Made by a program: the position numbers and the translations under genes. The notes beneath the pieces were generated by a model. That model made no database searches. It was given only the letters and a program-made list of their open reading frames with translations, and was not told the origin of the DNA. Shown here in pieces: positions 46,801 through 60,650 of a stretch of DNA of 64,000 bases; within the stretch, counting starts at the first letter, position 1, and every line of letters begins with the position of its first letter. This DNA is from an uncultured Chloroflexia bacterium (lineage in GTDB: Bacteria > Chloroflexota > Limnocylindria > Limnocylindrales > CSP1-4), in assembly GCA_963742075.1 (NCBI GenBank), contig CAVUKR010000012.1, positions 7,237 through 71,236 of the forward strand, read 5' to 3'.

Positions 46801-48418
46801 ATGGACTGGGCGGACGAACTCGCGTCCCGGGTCAGCGGCCCGCAGGTCGTCAACGACTCGAAGACGCCGTCCGGGACGGTCCACGTCGGGAGCCTGCGCG
46901 GCCCGGTCATCCTCGATGTCATCACGCGCGCTCTCCGTGCCAACGGGCACGAGACGACGCTGCTGTACGGCGTCGACGACCTGGACCCGATGGACGCCCA
47001 GGCCCTGCTGACCCCCGACGCGATCGATCGCGAGATGGGCCGGCCGCTCGCCCACGTGCCCGATCCGGCAGGCGACGGGCACGCGTCCTACGCGCGCCAT
47101 TTCGCCGGCATCTTCATCGACGTCTTCGCGGGCCTCGGCATCAAGCCCGACCGCTACTACTGGATGAGCGACGTCTATCCGACCGGGGCGATGGATCCGT
47201 ACATCCGGCTCGCGCTCGATCGCGCCGCGCTCGTCCGCGACATCTACCGCCGCGTCGCGAACGTCCAGCACCCCGACACCTGGCACCCGATCGGGGTCAT
47301 CTGCCCGACATGCGGCAAGGTCGGCACGACGATCGCGACCAAGTGGGACGGCGAGCGGGTCTTCTTCGAGTGCCGGGCCGACCTCGTCACCTGGGCGCGC
47401 GGCTGCGGCACGTCGGGCTGGCTCAGCCCGTTCGGCGGGGCGGCGAAGCTGCCGTGGAACCTCGAGTGGGCCGCCCAGTGGTCGCTCTTCGGCGTGACCA
47501 TCGAGCCGGGCGGCAAGGACCTCTCGACCGCGGGCGGATCGCGCGACCGGAGCGATGCGATCGCCCGCGAGGTCTTCGAGCGCGAGCCGCCGCTCAACGT
47601 CCCGTACGAGTTCCTCAACATCGGTGGCAGGAAGATGTCGACCTCGAAGGGCAAGGGCGCGGCGGCCCACGCGATCGCCGAGGTCATCCCGCCGGAACAG
47701 CTCCGCTTCCTGTTCCTGCGACCGCGGCCGAACCAGGCGATCGAGTTCGACCCGGATGGGACCGACGCCGTCCCGCGGCTGTTCGACGAGTACGACCGGT
47801 TCGCCGCGGCGACCGCCGGCCGCGAGGTCCGGGGCGAGATCTCGCCGGGCTTCGAGGCCACGTTCCGCTACTCGCTCCTGGATCCCGAGGCTGACGTCGC
47901 CGCGGAGGCCGCGGCGTTCCGCCCCGCGTTCGCCCATCTCGCGCTGCTCGTCCAGATCCCCGGCGTGGACGTTGCCGCTCGGATCGAGGCGGAGAAGGGG
48001 AGTCCACTGACCGAGCGCGAGGTCGCGATCCTCGACGAGCGGGTCGCGGCCGCCCGCGCCTGGCTCGAGACCTACGCGCCCGAGCGCGCACGCTTGACCG
48101 TCCGGCACGACGCCCTCCCGGCCGAGGCGGCTGCGCTCGACGCCGACCAGCTGGCCTTCCTCGCCGCGCTGGAGGTTGCCGTGGCCAGTGGGTCGCCATC
48201 GGGCGGGGAGGCGTGGCAGGACGCCATCTTCACGGCGGCCACCGCGACCGGACTCCCGGCGGGCCGGGCGTTCGCGGCGCTGTACCTTGCATTCCTCGGT
48301 CGCGCGAACGGCCCCCGCGCGGGCTGGCTCCTGGCAAGCCTCGACCCGGCGTTCGTCCTCGGGCGGCTGCGCGAGGCCGCTCGCGCCGCAGCCGGCGACC
48401 ACCGGAGGAGCTTCATGA
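46801..48418 (+). CDS. lysS: Class I lysyl-tRNA synthetase (true stop probably TGA 48416-48418, shifted by an indel)
   Basis: TPSGTVHVGSLR (HIGH-like), DDLDPMD, CPTCGK, KLPWNLEWAAQW, EPGGKD, KMSTSKG, GPRAG. Confidence 0.92.
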
Positions 48419-49757
48419 GCGTCGGTCTGCAGCGGCTCCGCGACGAACCCGACGTCATCCGCGACGGCGCGGTCCGCAAGGGCGAGGACCCGGCGCTCGT
48501 CGACCGCGCCCTCGAGCTCGATGCGGAGCGGCGCCGCCTGCTGGCCGAGACCGAGACCCTCAAGGCCGAGCGGAACGCCGCGTCGAAGCGGATCGGCGAG
48601 GCGATCAAGGGCGGGGCGGCGCCCGACGGTCCCGAGGTCGCCGACCTGCGCGCGTCGTCCAGCGCAGCCGGCGCGCGGATCACGACCCTCGACGCGGCCC
48701 TGGCCGAGACGGAGGCCGCCCTCGACGACCTGCTGCTGCGCATCCCGAACCCGCCCGACCCCGACATCCCGGTCGGTGGCGAGGAGGCCAACGTCACGAT
48801 CCGGACCTGGGGGGAGCTGCTCCCGCGCGACCAGCCCTTCGTCGGCGAGGTCGGCGCGGACGCGCCGGCCGGCGGCGCGACCTGGATCCGCAAGCCGCAC
48901 TGGGAGCTCGGCGAGGCGCTCGACATCCTCGACAACGCCCGCGGCGCCAAGATCACCGGATCCGGCTTCCCGGTCTACAAGGGTGCCGGTTCGGCGCTCC
49001 AGCGGGCGCTCATCAACTGGTTCCTCGACGTCCACACCCGCGAGAACGGGATGACCGAGGTGTGGCCGCCGGCCGTCGTCAACACCGCCAGCGCGACCGG
49101 CACGGGCCAGATCCCCGACAAGGAAGACCAGATGTACGTCGTCACGCGCGACGAGCTGTACCTGGTCCCGACCGCCGAGGTCCCGGTCACCAACCTCCAC
49201 CGCGACGAGATCCTCGACGCCGACGCGCTGCCGATCCGGTACGCCGCCTACACGCCGTGCTTCCGGCGGGAGGCGGGCGCCGCCGGAAAGGACACCCGCG
49301 GGATCCTGCGGGTGCACCAGTTCGACAAGGTCGAGATGGTCCTCTTCGAGAAGCCGGAGGATTCGCCGGCCGCCCTCGAATGGATGACCGGGCGCGCCGA
49401 GATCCTGCTCCAGCGCCTCGGGCTCGCCTATCGCGTGCTGCTGATGAGCACTCGCGAGATGGGCTTCACCCAGGCACGCAAGTACGACCTCGAGGTCTGG
49501 TCGCCCGGCGTCGAACGCTGGCTCGAGGTCAGCTCGTGCTCGAACTTCCGCGACTTCCAGGCGCGCCGGATGTCGATCCGCTACCGCCCCGAGCCCGCCG
49601 CGAAGCCCGAGCTCGTCCACACGCTGAATGGCTCCGGGCTGGCGCTGGCCCGAGTCGTCGCGGCGATCCTCGAGACCTACCAGCAGCCGGACGGTTCGAT
49701 CACCGTCCCGAAGCCGCTCCGCCGTACATGGGACGCGACGCGATCACCTCCGGCTGA
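48415..49757 (+). CDS. serS: Seryl-tRNA synthetase (frameshift in the last ~15 codons)
   Basis: GGAGGAG RBS before ATG 48415; IPNPP, LVPTAEVP, CFRREAG, RVHQFDKVE, EVSSCSN, HTLNGSGLA; tail PYMG in another frame. Confidence 0.93.
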
Positions 49758-50085
49758 GTCGCCACAGCCAGGTGGCCAGCCAGATGGCGGCCGCCGACAG
49801 GTGGACGGCGCGACGATCGGCCAGCCGAGGCACCTCGTCCGGTCCGGCCAGCGCGATCCCGGCCGCCGCCAGGAGCGTCACCGCGCCCAGCGGGTGGTAG
49901 GCGAGGCTGTCACGCGCGTGCAGGTGCGCCGCCGCCTGCCAGGACCGGGTGACGCCGCACGCCGGACAGGGCAGACCGGTCAGCCGTCGGAACGGACAGA
50001 TGACGAGCGTGTCGGACAGCGCGGCCCGGGGCAGCGCGATCGCGGCCCCGACCAGGACCGCGGAGACGCCGTAGCGGTCGATCAA
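49744..50085 (-). CDS. DUF2752-like membrane protein
   Basis: CPFRRLTGLPCPACGVTRS ... YHPLG motif. Confidence 0.85.
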   Translation of the reverse strand: MIDRYGVSAVLVGAAIALPRAALSDTLVICPFRRLTGLPCPACGVTRSWQAAAHLHARDSLAYHPLGAVTLLAAAGIALAGPDEVPRLADRRAVHLSAAAIWLATWLWRLSRR

Positions 50086-50462
50086 GTGCGGCGAAGCGGC
50101 TGGTGCTCCGCGTCGTCGAGGTTGCCCATCGCGATGAGGATCAGGTCGACGACGTACCAGATGCCGCAGCCGCCGAAGGTGATGAGCTTGAGGATGCCGA
50201 GCCCGGTGTAGCCGAGGTAGAACCGATCGATCCCGAACCATCCCACCAGGAACGAGATGATCAATGTCGTCAGCCAGTCCTTGTCCGAGAACACGCCCGG
50301 GATCTCCGACACGAGGAACCACGACCCGGTCCCGTCGGCGCGCTTGACCATCGTGTTGGCCTTGATGTAGCGCGCTCGCGCCTGCGTCTGGAGATCCTGG
50401 AGCGAGAACGGACCTTCCTCGGCCCCCATGCGCTGGACGATGAATGCATCGGCGACGGTCAT
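50082..50462 (-). CDS. TM2-domain protein with GYF_2-like N-terminus
   Basis: EEGPFS..DL N-terminus; SFLVGWFGIDRFYLG..GILKLITFGGCGIWYVVD. Confidence 0.85.
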   Translation of the reverse strand: MTVADAFIVQRMGAEEGPFSLQDLQTQARARYIKANTMVKRADGTGSWFLVSEIPGVFSDKDWLTTLIISFLVGWFGIDRFYLGYTGLGILKLITFGGCGIWYVVDLILIAMGNLDDAEHQPLRRT

Positions 50463-50595
50463 GGGCAGATCCCCTTGCAGACGATCCCGGTGGAGCGGAT
50501 GCGTCCGAGCATAGCCGCTCGGATGTCGCGGATGAAGCCCGCCGGCCGGGGTCGCGGCGGCCGAGCCCTCATGCGACGCTGGTATCCTCACGCCC

Positions 50596-50683
50596 GGAGA
50601 GGTGGCCGAGCGGTTGATGGCGGCGCTCTTGAAAAGCGCTGAGTCGAAAGACTTCGTGGGTTCGAATCCCACCCTCTCCGCCA
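50596..50683 (+). tRNA. tRNA-Ser(UGA)
   Basis: GGAGAGG acceptor stem, anticodon arm gcgct-CTTGAAA-agcgc, long variable arm, GTTCGAATC T-loop, encoded CCA; -10 TATCCT 7 nt upstream. Confidence 0.95.
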
Positions 50684-50890
50684 CACCCTGATGCGCGACG
50701 ACGACCCGGCGGGCGATCGGGCCGGGCCGGACCCAGGCCTGTGCGGGGTCATGCCGGCACTCCCCGTGGGCCGCTGCGACGACTTCGAATCGACCGCGAA
50801 CGAGCGACCCGAGGGGCGGCACGACCGTTCGGCCGGGTAGGACTTCCGTCACGGGTACCGTTCCGACCCTCAAACCTAGGCTTTCGAGCT

Positions 50891-52755
50891 ATGACCTTTG
50901 CCTCGGCCCGGCGGCTGTCTGGCGGTTTCGGTGTGCCGAAACGCGCCCAACGGCCGGTGCTGCTGATCCTCGTCTACGGCATCTTCCTGGTGATCGTCGG
51001 CATGACCGCGACCGCCCAGGCGGTCATGGTCTCCGCCCATTTCTCGACCAACACGCTGAGCTCGGTGGTCGAGACCGACACGACGATCGTCCGCGCCTTC
51101 GTGCGCAGCTTCGTGTCGCCCGACGACTTCTCGACGAATGCCGTCGCGGGCGAGCGCCAGGCCATCTCGAACGCCAGCTCCGGACGCTCGTCGCGCCCGA
51201 GACGATCCTCCGGGCGGAGGTCCTGCGGCCCGACGGGACCGTCATCTTCTCGGACGAGCCGACGCTCCGTGGGAACGCGGCACCCGCCTCCGATGCCTTC
51301 CGACGGGTCCTGGCCGGCAACAGCGCGGTCGTCGACATCCTCTCGTCCGGGGCGAGCGACACGATCGGGCCTGCCCTCGGGACACAGACCGTCCTGCGCG
51401 AATACTTCCCGCTCAGCCTCGATGGTCACCTCGTCGGGGTCGTCGGGATCTGGCGGGACGCTGTGCCGATCCTCGCCCAGCTCGACGAGGTCCGGCGCAA
51501 CATCGTGATCGTCACGCTGACGGCGGCGCTCGTCGCCGCGCTCGTCCTGTTCCTCGTCTTCCGCTCGGCACAGGGACGGATCACCCGCCAGACGCCAGGC
51601 TCTCGTCGACGCGACCCGTCGCGACCCGCTGACCAAGACGCTCAACCACGGCGCGCTCGTCGACGTCGTCGCCCAGGCTGTCGATCGGGCGCGCGTCGGA
51701 GAACACCGCCTTCGCCGTGGCGCTGGTCGACATCGACAACTTCCGCCTGCTCAACGAGACCTACGGCGACACCGCGGGCGACGAGGCGCTGCTGGCCTTG
51801 GTCGGCCGTTCGGTCGGGACCTGCCGGCCGATACGGTCCTCGGCCGCTACGGCCCCGACGAGTTGCTCGTCATCGCCACGGGCGGCGGCGTCGCGCTGCT
51901 CGATCCGTTCCTCGAGGTCGCGCGGGCGAGGCTGGCCGACCATATCCTCCAGTTCGACGCCTCGGAGCGGCTGCCGCTGACCGTCAGCGTCGGGATCTGC
52001 CATTTCCCGGACCACGGCGCCTCGGTGACCGAGCTCCTGACCACGGCCGCGATCACACTCGAGGAGGCGAAGGCCAGCGGCGGCGACTCCATCCGTCCGC
52101 CGGGCACGTGGCCGAACCGGAACCTGCGGCGCGGGCGTTCGACGTCCTACGAGGGCCTCATCTTCGCGGTCGACACGAAGGACCGCTACACCAAGCGCCA
52201 CTCCGAGGATGTCGCGCGCTAGCAGCGTCTTCCTGGCCGAACTGATCTGCCGCCGAGCCCGACTTCATCCAGACGATCCGCGTCGCCGGGCTGCTCCACG
52301 ACGTCGGCAAGATCGGCATCCCGGACCGCATCCTGCGCAAGCCCGGCAAGCTGACCGCCGAGGAGTACGACATCGTCCAGCAGCACGTCGGCCTCGGCGA
52401 CCTGATCGTGCGCGACCTGCCCGACATCGACCTCATCCGCGCCGGCGTCCGCCATCACCACGAGCGCTGGGACGGGGACGGCTATCTCGACCGGCTGGCC
52501 GGCGAGCGACATCCCGCTCATCGCGCGGATCCTTGCCGTCGGCGATGCGTTCTCGGCGATGACGACGACGCGGCCCTATCGCAAGGCGCTCGACGGTCGA
52601 CCGAAGCGCTCCACCGTCTCGAGGACGCCGCCGGCAGCCAGCTCGACGCCGACCTGGTGACCGCGTTCGTGTCCGGCATCGAGACCGTCGCCGGGGCGCC
52701 CCTGCCGGGGATGGAAGGACCGCGACTCTGGACGCCGTACGCCAGCGTGGCCTGA
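50891..52755 (+). CDS. Membrane sensor with degenerate GGDEF and HD-GYP domains (multiple frameshifts)
   Basis: Two TM helices; DPLT, DIDNFRLLNETYG, RYGPDEL; KDRYT..HS, LLHDVGKIG, HHHERWDGDGY, DAFSAMTTTRPYR, read across several frames. Confidence 0.75.
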
Positions 52756-53974
52756 TGGCCGGCGGGGCCCCCGGGTCACCGCGGGCGTGGCAGCGATCCT
52801 GGTCGTCGCGGCCTCCCTGGCGCCGGGTGTCCTTGCCCGGAGCAACTCCTGGTCGGTCACCCGCTCGCCGGGGAGTGCCCCGATCGGGCAGGCCACCTCG
52901 ATCGTCTTCTCGGTCACCAATACGAGCCCGTCCGGCGGTGGCGGAGAGATCGGCTGCATCCAGATCGTCGTCTCGTCGCCGTTTCCTGTGAACAGTGTCT
53001 CGATCGGAGGCGTGCCGAGCGGCACCAGCTGGACGTCGAGCACCGCATCCGGGTCGGGTGGCACGACCGTCGTCCAGGTCCATGGCACCGATAGCGACAG
53101 CGTCCTCGCACCCGATCCCGCGGACGATGTGATCGGCTTCACCATCCGCGTCACAGCCTCGACTCAGGGCGGAACAACCTGGATCGCGGACGCCTTCAAC
53201 CAGGTCGACTGCAGCAATGACATGGCGATCACCAAGTCGATCTCCATGACGGTATCGAATGGATCGGGTGCAACGCCGACACCGACGCCCACGCCGACAC
53301 CGACGCCCACGCCGACCCCCACACCGACACCCAAGCCCGCCCCGACACCCACGCCGACCCCGACGCCGACGGGCGCTCCGACCCCGACTCCGACCGCCAC
53401 CCCGACACTTGCGCCGGGTTCCACCCCCGGGCCGACCATCCCCCCACCGGACGCCACGCCGACCGTCGGCTCGAGTCCGGGCGTGGTGCCGAGCCTCGCC
53501 CCTGGAGCGTCCGCCACCCCGCCTGGAGCGCCGCCCGCCAATCCTTCCGCGTCATCCACGCCCGGTCCGGGTGCAAGCGCGGTCCCCCTCGTCGGTGGCG
53601 TCGGTAGCGTCGGTGGAGGCGGCGACCAGCCGCCCGGGGCCACCTTCGCGGTCTCTGGATCGGGGTCGGGCTCTGGATCAGGCCCCGCGACGGCCCCGGT
53701 CTTGTTCGGCGACACCCTGTCGCAGTTCACGGCCCTGTTCGGCCAGGCCTTCGACTGGGCCGTTCCTGGACTCGTCCTGACGGTGCCGGGGCTTCTGCTC
53801 GTCCTCGCCATCGTGGCCCAGGGCGGTCGGCGCGCTGCCTGGCTGCCGCTCGTCCGTCGCGGATCGGCGGCTTCGGCCTCCGCACCGGCCGGCGGGCAGA
53901 CGGCTCCCGAGGCGCTTGACGCCTCGCGGACCGCGACCCATACTCCGCGGACATCACGAATGAGCGGGCTGTGA
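52755..53974 (+). CDS. Secreted/surface protein with beta-rich domain, Pro-Thr linker and C-terminal membrane anchor (ends uncertain)
   Basis: Signal-like VAAILVVAASLAPGVLA; Ser/Thr/Gly-rich domain with two Cys; PT repeats; FDWAVPGLVLTVPGLLLVLAIVAQ..WLPLVRR; ATG 52755 is out of frame with the main ORF. Confidence 0.7.
53273..53408 (+). repeat. 6-bp-period repeat encoding (Thr-Pro)n linker
   Basis: acgccgacaccgacgcccacgccg... encoding TPTPTPTP. Confidence 0.85.
53916..53944 (+). promoter_or_regulatory. Sigma70-type promoter of the trp operon
   Basis: TTGACG (53916-53921), 17-nt spacer, CATACT (53939-53944). Confidence 0.65.
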
Positions 53975-54268
53975 ACGGGACGAGTACCCGTCGCACGTCG
54001 ATCCAGAGATCCGGCGGTCGGTGCGAGCCGGAGCGACGACGACAGGGAATGGCCCCGGGAGCCTCCGGACCGAACACGAGGTGGCGCAGGCCGCGGTCGT
54101 CAGTAGGCTCCGGCGCAGGGCGCCAGCGATACCGGGCAGCGCCGATCGGCGGCGGTGGGGTTCGACCTCAACGACCGACCCGTCGGTCACACGAGTGCGG
54201 CATCGCCGAATGAGGGTGGCACCGCGGAAGGCACGACCTTTCGTCCCGGAGACGAACGGTCGTTCTTG
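53965..54268 (+). ncRNA. Tryptophan T-box riboswitch
   Basis: Stem I with AGTA, AGAGA and GGTGCGAG motifs; specifier GAA-TGG (Trp codon at 54050-54052); T-box AATGAGGGTGGCACCGCG at 54209-54226; terminator acgacctttcgtc/gacgaacggtcgt-tctt. Confidence 0.92.
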
Positions 54269-54288
54269 ATTCTCCGAGGCAACCAGCG

Positions 54289-55943
54289 ATGTCGACAGCC
54301 GATCCGATCAGCCTGGGGCAGGCCCAGCGCCTCGCCGCCAACGCCGACACGATCCTCCTGCGCGCCACGCGCCCGGCAGACCTCGAGACCCCGATCGGCG
54401 CCTTCCTCCGGCTCGATGACGGTGGTCCGGCCTACCTGCTCGAATCGGTCGAGGGCGGGGAGCGGCTCGGGCGGTATTCGTTCCTCGGCGTCGGCCCACG
54501 GCGGCTCCTCGAGGTCCGCGACGGACAGGCGAGGATCCAGACCCGGCCCGTCACCGAGCCGACCTACTCGGCGGACCTCCCCGTCGAGACGATCGCCGCC
54601 GGCGACCCGCTCGCAGGCGATCCGGGCGTTCGTCCCACGCCGCCGCGTCCAGCCGACCGAGGGGATGCCGCGCTTCACCGGCGGGGCGGTCGGAGCGCTG
54701 GCCTACGACGCGATCTCGGCCTTCGAGCCGACGGTCCCGCTGCCGGAGTACGACCCGGTCGGCGTCCCGATGGCCGCGTTCATCGAGACGGACCTCGTCC
54801 TCGTCTTCGATCACCTGACCCACACGCTCTCGGCGATCGCCTCGCTCCACACCGAGGCGCCGGACCTCGAGGGGCGCTACCGGATCGCCGAGACGGCGAT
54901 CTTCGAGGCGCTCGAACGGACCGCGCGACCGAGCGCAGGCGAGATGGCCGGAAGCCGCTCGCGCCCGACCGACGGCGCGAGGCGCCGGCCACGAGCCGAG
55001 TCAGGCGGCACCGTCCGCGCTCGGCCGACCGATCGAGACGAGCCTCGGCCGCGACGAGTACATCCACGCAGTCGCGGTCGCCAAGGACGCCATCGCGGCG
55101 GGTGAGGCGATCCAGGTCGTCCTGGCGCGCCGCCAGTCGTTCGGGCTGCCGGTCGATCCGGCGACCGGCGCGACGCTCGACGGGATCGGCCTGTACCGGG
55201 CCCTCCGGCGCGTCAACCCGAGCCCGTACCTGTTCTTCACGCGGACCCCGGCCTTCGAGGTCGTCGGCGCGTCGCCCGAGCTCCTGCTCCAGGTCGAGGG
55301 TGACCGGCTGACCACCCACCCGATCGCCGGGACGCGACCGCGCGGCGCCGATGCGCGCGAGGACGCCCTGCTCGCCGAGGAGCTCCAGCGCGACCCGAAG
55401 GAGCGTGCGGAGCACGTCATGCTGGTCGATCTGGGCCGCAACGACCTCGGGCGGGTCGCCCGGCCGGGCACGGTCACCGTCAGCAAGTACATGGAGGTCG
55501 AGCGCTACAGCCACGTCCTCCACCTCGTCTCGCACGTCGAGGGGCGGCTCAAGCCGGAGCTCGACGCGCTCGACGCGCTGCGCTCGGTCTTCCCGGCGGG
55601 CACGCTGTCGGGGGCGCCCAAGATCCGGGCGATGCAGCTGATCGCCGCGGCCGAGGGCGAGCGCCGCGGGCTCTACGGCGGCGCGGTCGGCTACCTCGGC
55701 TACGACGGCAACCTCGACACGGCGATCACCATCCGGAGCGCGGTCCTCAAGGACGGCCAGGCCCACGTCCATACCGGCGCCGGGATCGTCGCCGGCTCCG
55801 TCCCCGAGCGCGAGTTCGAGGAGACCGAGCACAAGGCGGCGGCACTCCGCCGCGCGATCGAGCTCGCCGCCGGCCTGCCGGAGGCCCCGCGAGCCGAAGA
55901 CGCCGCCGAGCTGCCCGATGCCGCGCCGGGAGGGCGGCCGTGA
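54289..55943 (+). CDS. trpE: Anthranilate synthase component I (frameshifts near 54617 and 55020)
   Basis: DLETP, LLESVEGGERLGRYS, FTGGAVG, NPSPY, PIAGTRPRG, EHVMLVDLGRND, FPAGTLSGAPK, YGGAVG. Confidence 0.93.
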
Positions 55944-56602
55944 TCCTCGTCATCGACAACTACGACAGCTTCACCTTCAACCTGGTGCAGGCGCTGCAGG
56001 CCGCTGGGGCGGAGGTCCGCGTCGTCCGCAACGACGCGATCGAGATCGGCGCCGTGGCCGCGCTCGCCGACGACCCGGCCGCCGCGCTGCGCGGGATCGT
56101 CATCTCGCCGGGTCCCGGAGATCCCGACGATGCCGGGATCTCGGTCGGGACCGTCCTGGTCGCCGCCGATCGCGCGCTGCCGCTGCTCGGGGTCTGCCTC
56201 GGGATGCAGGCGATGGCGGCGGCGTTCGGCGCCTCGATCGTGCGGGCGCCGACGCTCGTCCACGGCGAGGCCTCGGAGGTCACCCACGACGGCGCGGGCC
56301 TGCTCGCGGGGATGCCGCCGGCGTTCATGGCCGCCCGCTACCACTCGCTGGCGATCGACCCGGCGACGCTCCCGCCGGAGCTGCGGGTCACGGCCATGAG
56401 CGAGGTCGACCGCGTGATCATGGGCATCCGCCACGTCTCGCTGCCGCTCGAGGGCGTCCAGTTCCACCCGGAATCGGTGCTCACGCCGCAGGGCCCGCAC
56501 CTGCTCGCGAACTTCCTGCGGCAGGCCGGCGAGGGCGAGGCGTCGCGGCTCGACGACGCGTCAGGGTCGTTCGCGACGGCCGGCATGGCCGAAACGCCAT
56601 GA
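55940..56602 (+). CDS. trpG: Anthranilate synthase component II
   Basis: IDNYDSFTFNL, SPGPG, GVCLGMQ, RYHSL, QFHPES. Confidence 0.95.
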   Translation: MILVIDNYDSFTFNLVQALQAAGAEVRVVRNDAIEIGAVAALADDPAAALRGIVISPGPGDPDDAGISVGTVLVAADRALPLLGVCLGMQAMAAAFGASIVRAPTLVHGEASEVTHDGAGLLAGMPPAFMAARYHSLAIDPATLPPELRVTAMSEVDRVIMGIRHVSLPLEGVQFHPESVLTPQGPHLLANFLRQAGEGEASRLDDASGSFATAGMAETP

Positions 56603-56603
56603 C

Positions 56604-56695
56604 GGCGCACCGCTGCGTTGTCGCCTCCACTCGTTCGCTCACGGACCTCGAGGTGCGTCGCTCGCGTGTCCAGCTCCGCCTTGCGCTGCGCGCGC
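56604..56695 (-). repeat. ERIC/RPE-like palindromic intergenic element, copy 2 (reverse orientation)
   Basis: Minus strand reads CAAGGCG ... CACGCGAGCGACGC-acctcgaggt-cCGTGAGC ... CAACGC, same motif order as copy 1. Confidence 0.6.
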
Positions 56696-56716
56696 CCGGG
56701 TCTCGGCAGGTGCGAG

Positions 56717-57772
56717 ATGAGCGAGCTCGTCGGGCCGCGCTCACACGATCGTCGACGGCGGGACGCTGTCGTTGGACGACGCCCACGCCGCGATGGGCGC
56801 GGTGATGGACGGCGAGGCGACGCCGGCCCAGCTCGCGGCCATGCTGATGGGCCTGCGGATGCGCGGCGAGACGGTCGACGAGCTGGCGGGCTTCGCCATG
56901 GCGATGCGCGAGCGAGTCGTCCGGGTCGACGCGCCCGAGGGTGCGATCGATGTCGTCGGGACCGGTGGCGACGGGAGCGGCACCTTCAACATCTCGACGA
57001 CCGCGGCGCTCGTCGCGGCGGCGGCCGGCGTCCCGGTGGCGAAGCACGGCAACCGCGCGATCACCTCGAAGGCCGGCTCGGCCGACGTGCTCGATGCGCT
57101 CGGGGTCCGGATCGACCACGACGCGGCGTCCGCCGGCGCGGCCCTGCGCGACCTCGGCTTCGCGTTCCTGTTCGCGCCGCGGTTCCATCCGGCGATGAAG
57201 CACGCGGGGCCGACGCGGGGCGAGATCGGGGTCCGCACCGCGTTCAACCTGCTCGGGCCGCTGACCAATCCCGCCGGGACACGGCGCCAGCTGCTCGGCG
57301 TCGGCGACCCCGCCGCCGCCGCCCGGATGGCCGAGGTCGTCCGCCGGCTCGGGACCGACCGGACGTTCGTGATCCATGGCGACGGCGTCGACGAGCTCCC
57401 GCTCGACGGGAGCGGGGTCGCCTATATCGTGGCCGGCGACAGCGTCGAGCGCCATGCGATCGACGCCGCGGCGCTCGGGTTCAAGCGCGCGGCGACGTCG
57501 CGGCTGTCGGGCGGTTCGGCCGCCGACAACGCGAAGCTGACAGAGGCGATCCTGCGTGGCGAGCCCGGCAGCCGGCGCGACGTCGTGCTGCTCAACGCCG
57601 GTGCGGCGCTCCTCGTGGCGGGGGTGGTCGGGCAGCTGGAGGAGGGGATCGAGCAGGCGGCGCTGACCATCGACGCGGGGCTCGCGGCCGAGCTCCTGGC
57701 GGCGCTTCGAGCCGAGCGACGGACGGCCGAGGCCGCGGCCGCGGTCGCGCCCCGCGCCGACGGGTCACCGGC

Positions 57773-57776
<4 letters not shown>
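56717..57776 (+). CDS. trpD: Anthranilate phosphoribosyltransferase (indels in the first ~15 codons)
   Basis: DVVGTGGDG, FNIST, KHGNRA, GSADVL, FHPAMK, RTAFNLLGPLTNP. Confidence 0.93.

Positions 57777-60646
<2,870 letters not shown>

Positions 60647-60650
<4 letters not shown>

Noticed and set aside
46801-50211. 1136-aa LysRS-SerRS fusion in the ORF track
   Set aside because: serS has its own GGAGGAG RBS and ATG at 48415 with an overlapping TGA (48416-48418) that ends a plausible LysRS tail in another frame; one indel explains the fusion, and the SerRS tail is also frameshifted.
50596-50683. Selenocysteine or suppressor tRNA
   Set aside because: Anticodon is UGA, which reads UCA (Ser); tRNA-Sec would have anticodon UCA.
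53273-53408. CRISPR-like array at the short repeats (also 1469-1522)
   Set aside because: Codon-periodic repeats inside coding sequence with no spacers and no cas genes.
50684-53974. Genomic island integrated at tRNA-Ser
   Set aside because: No integrase, no duplicated tRNA 3' end seen, and no obvious compositional shift.
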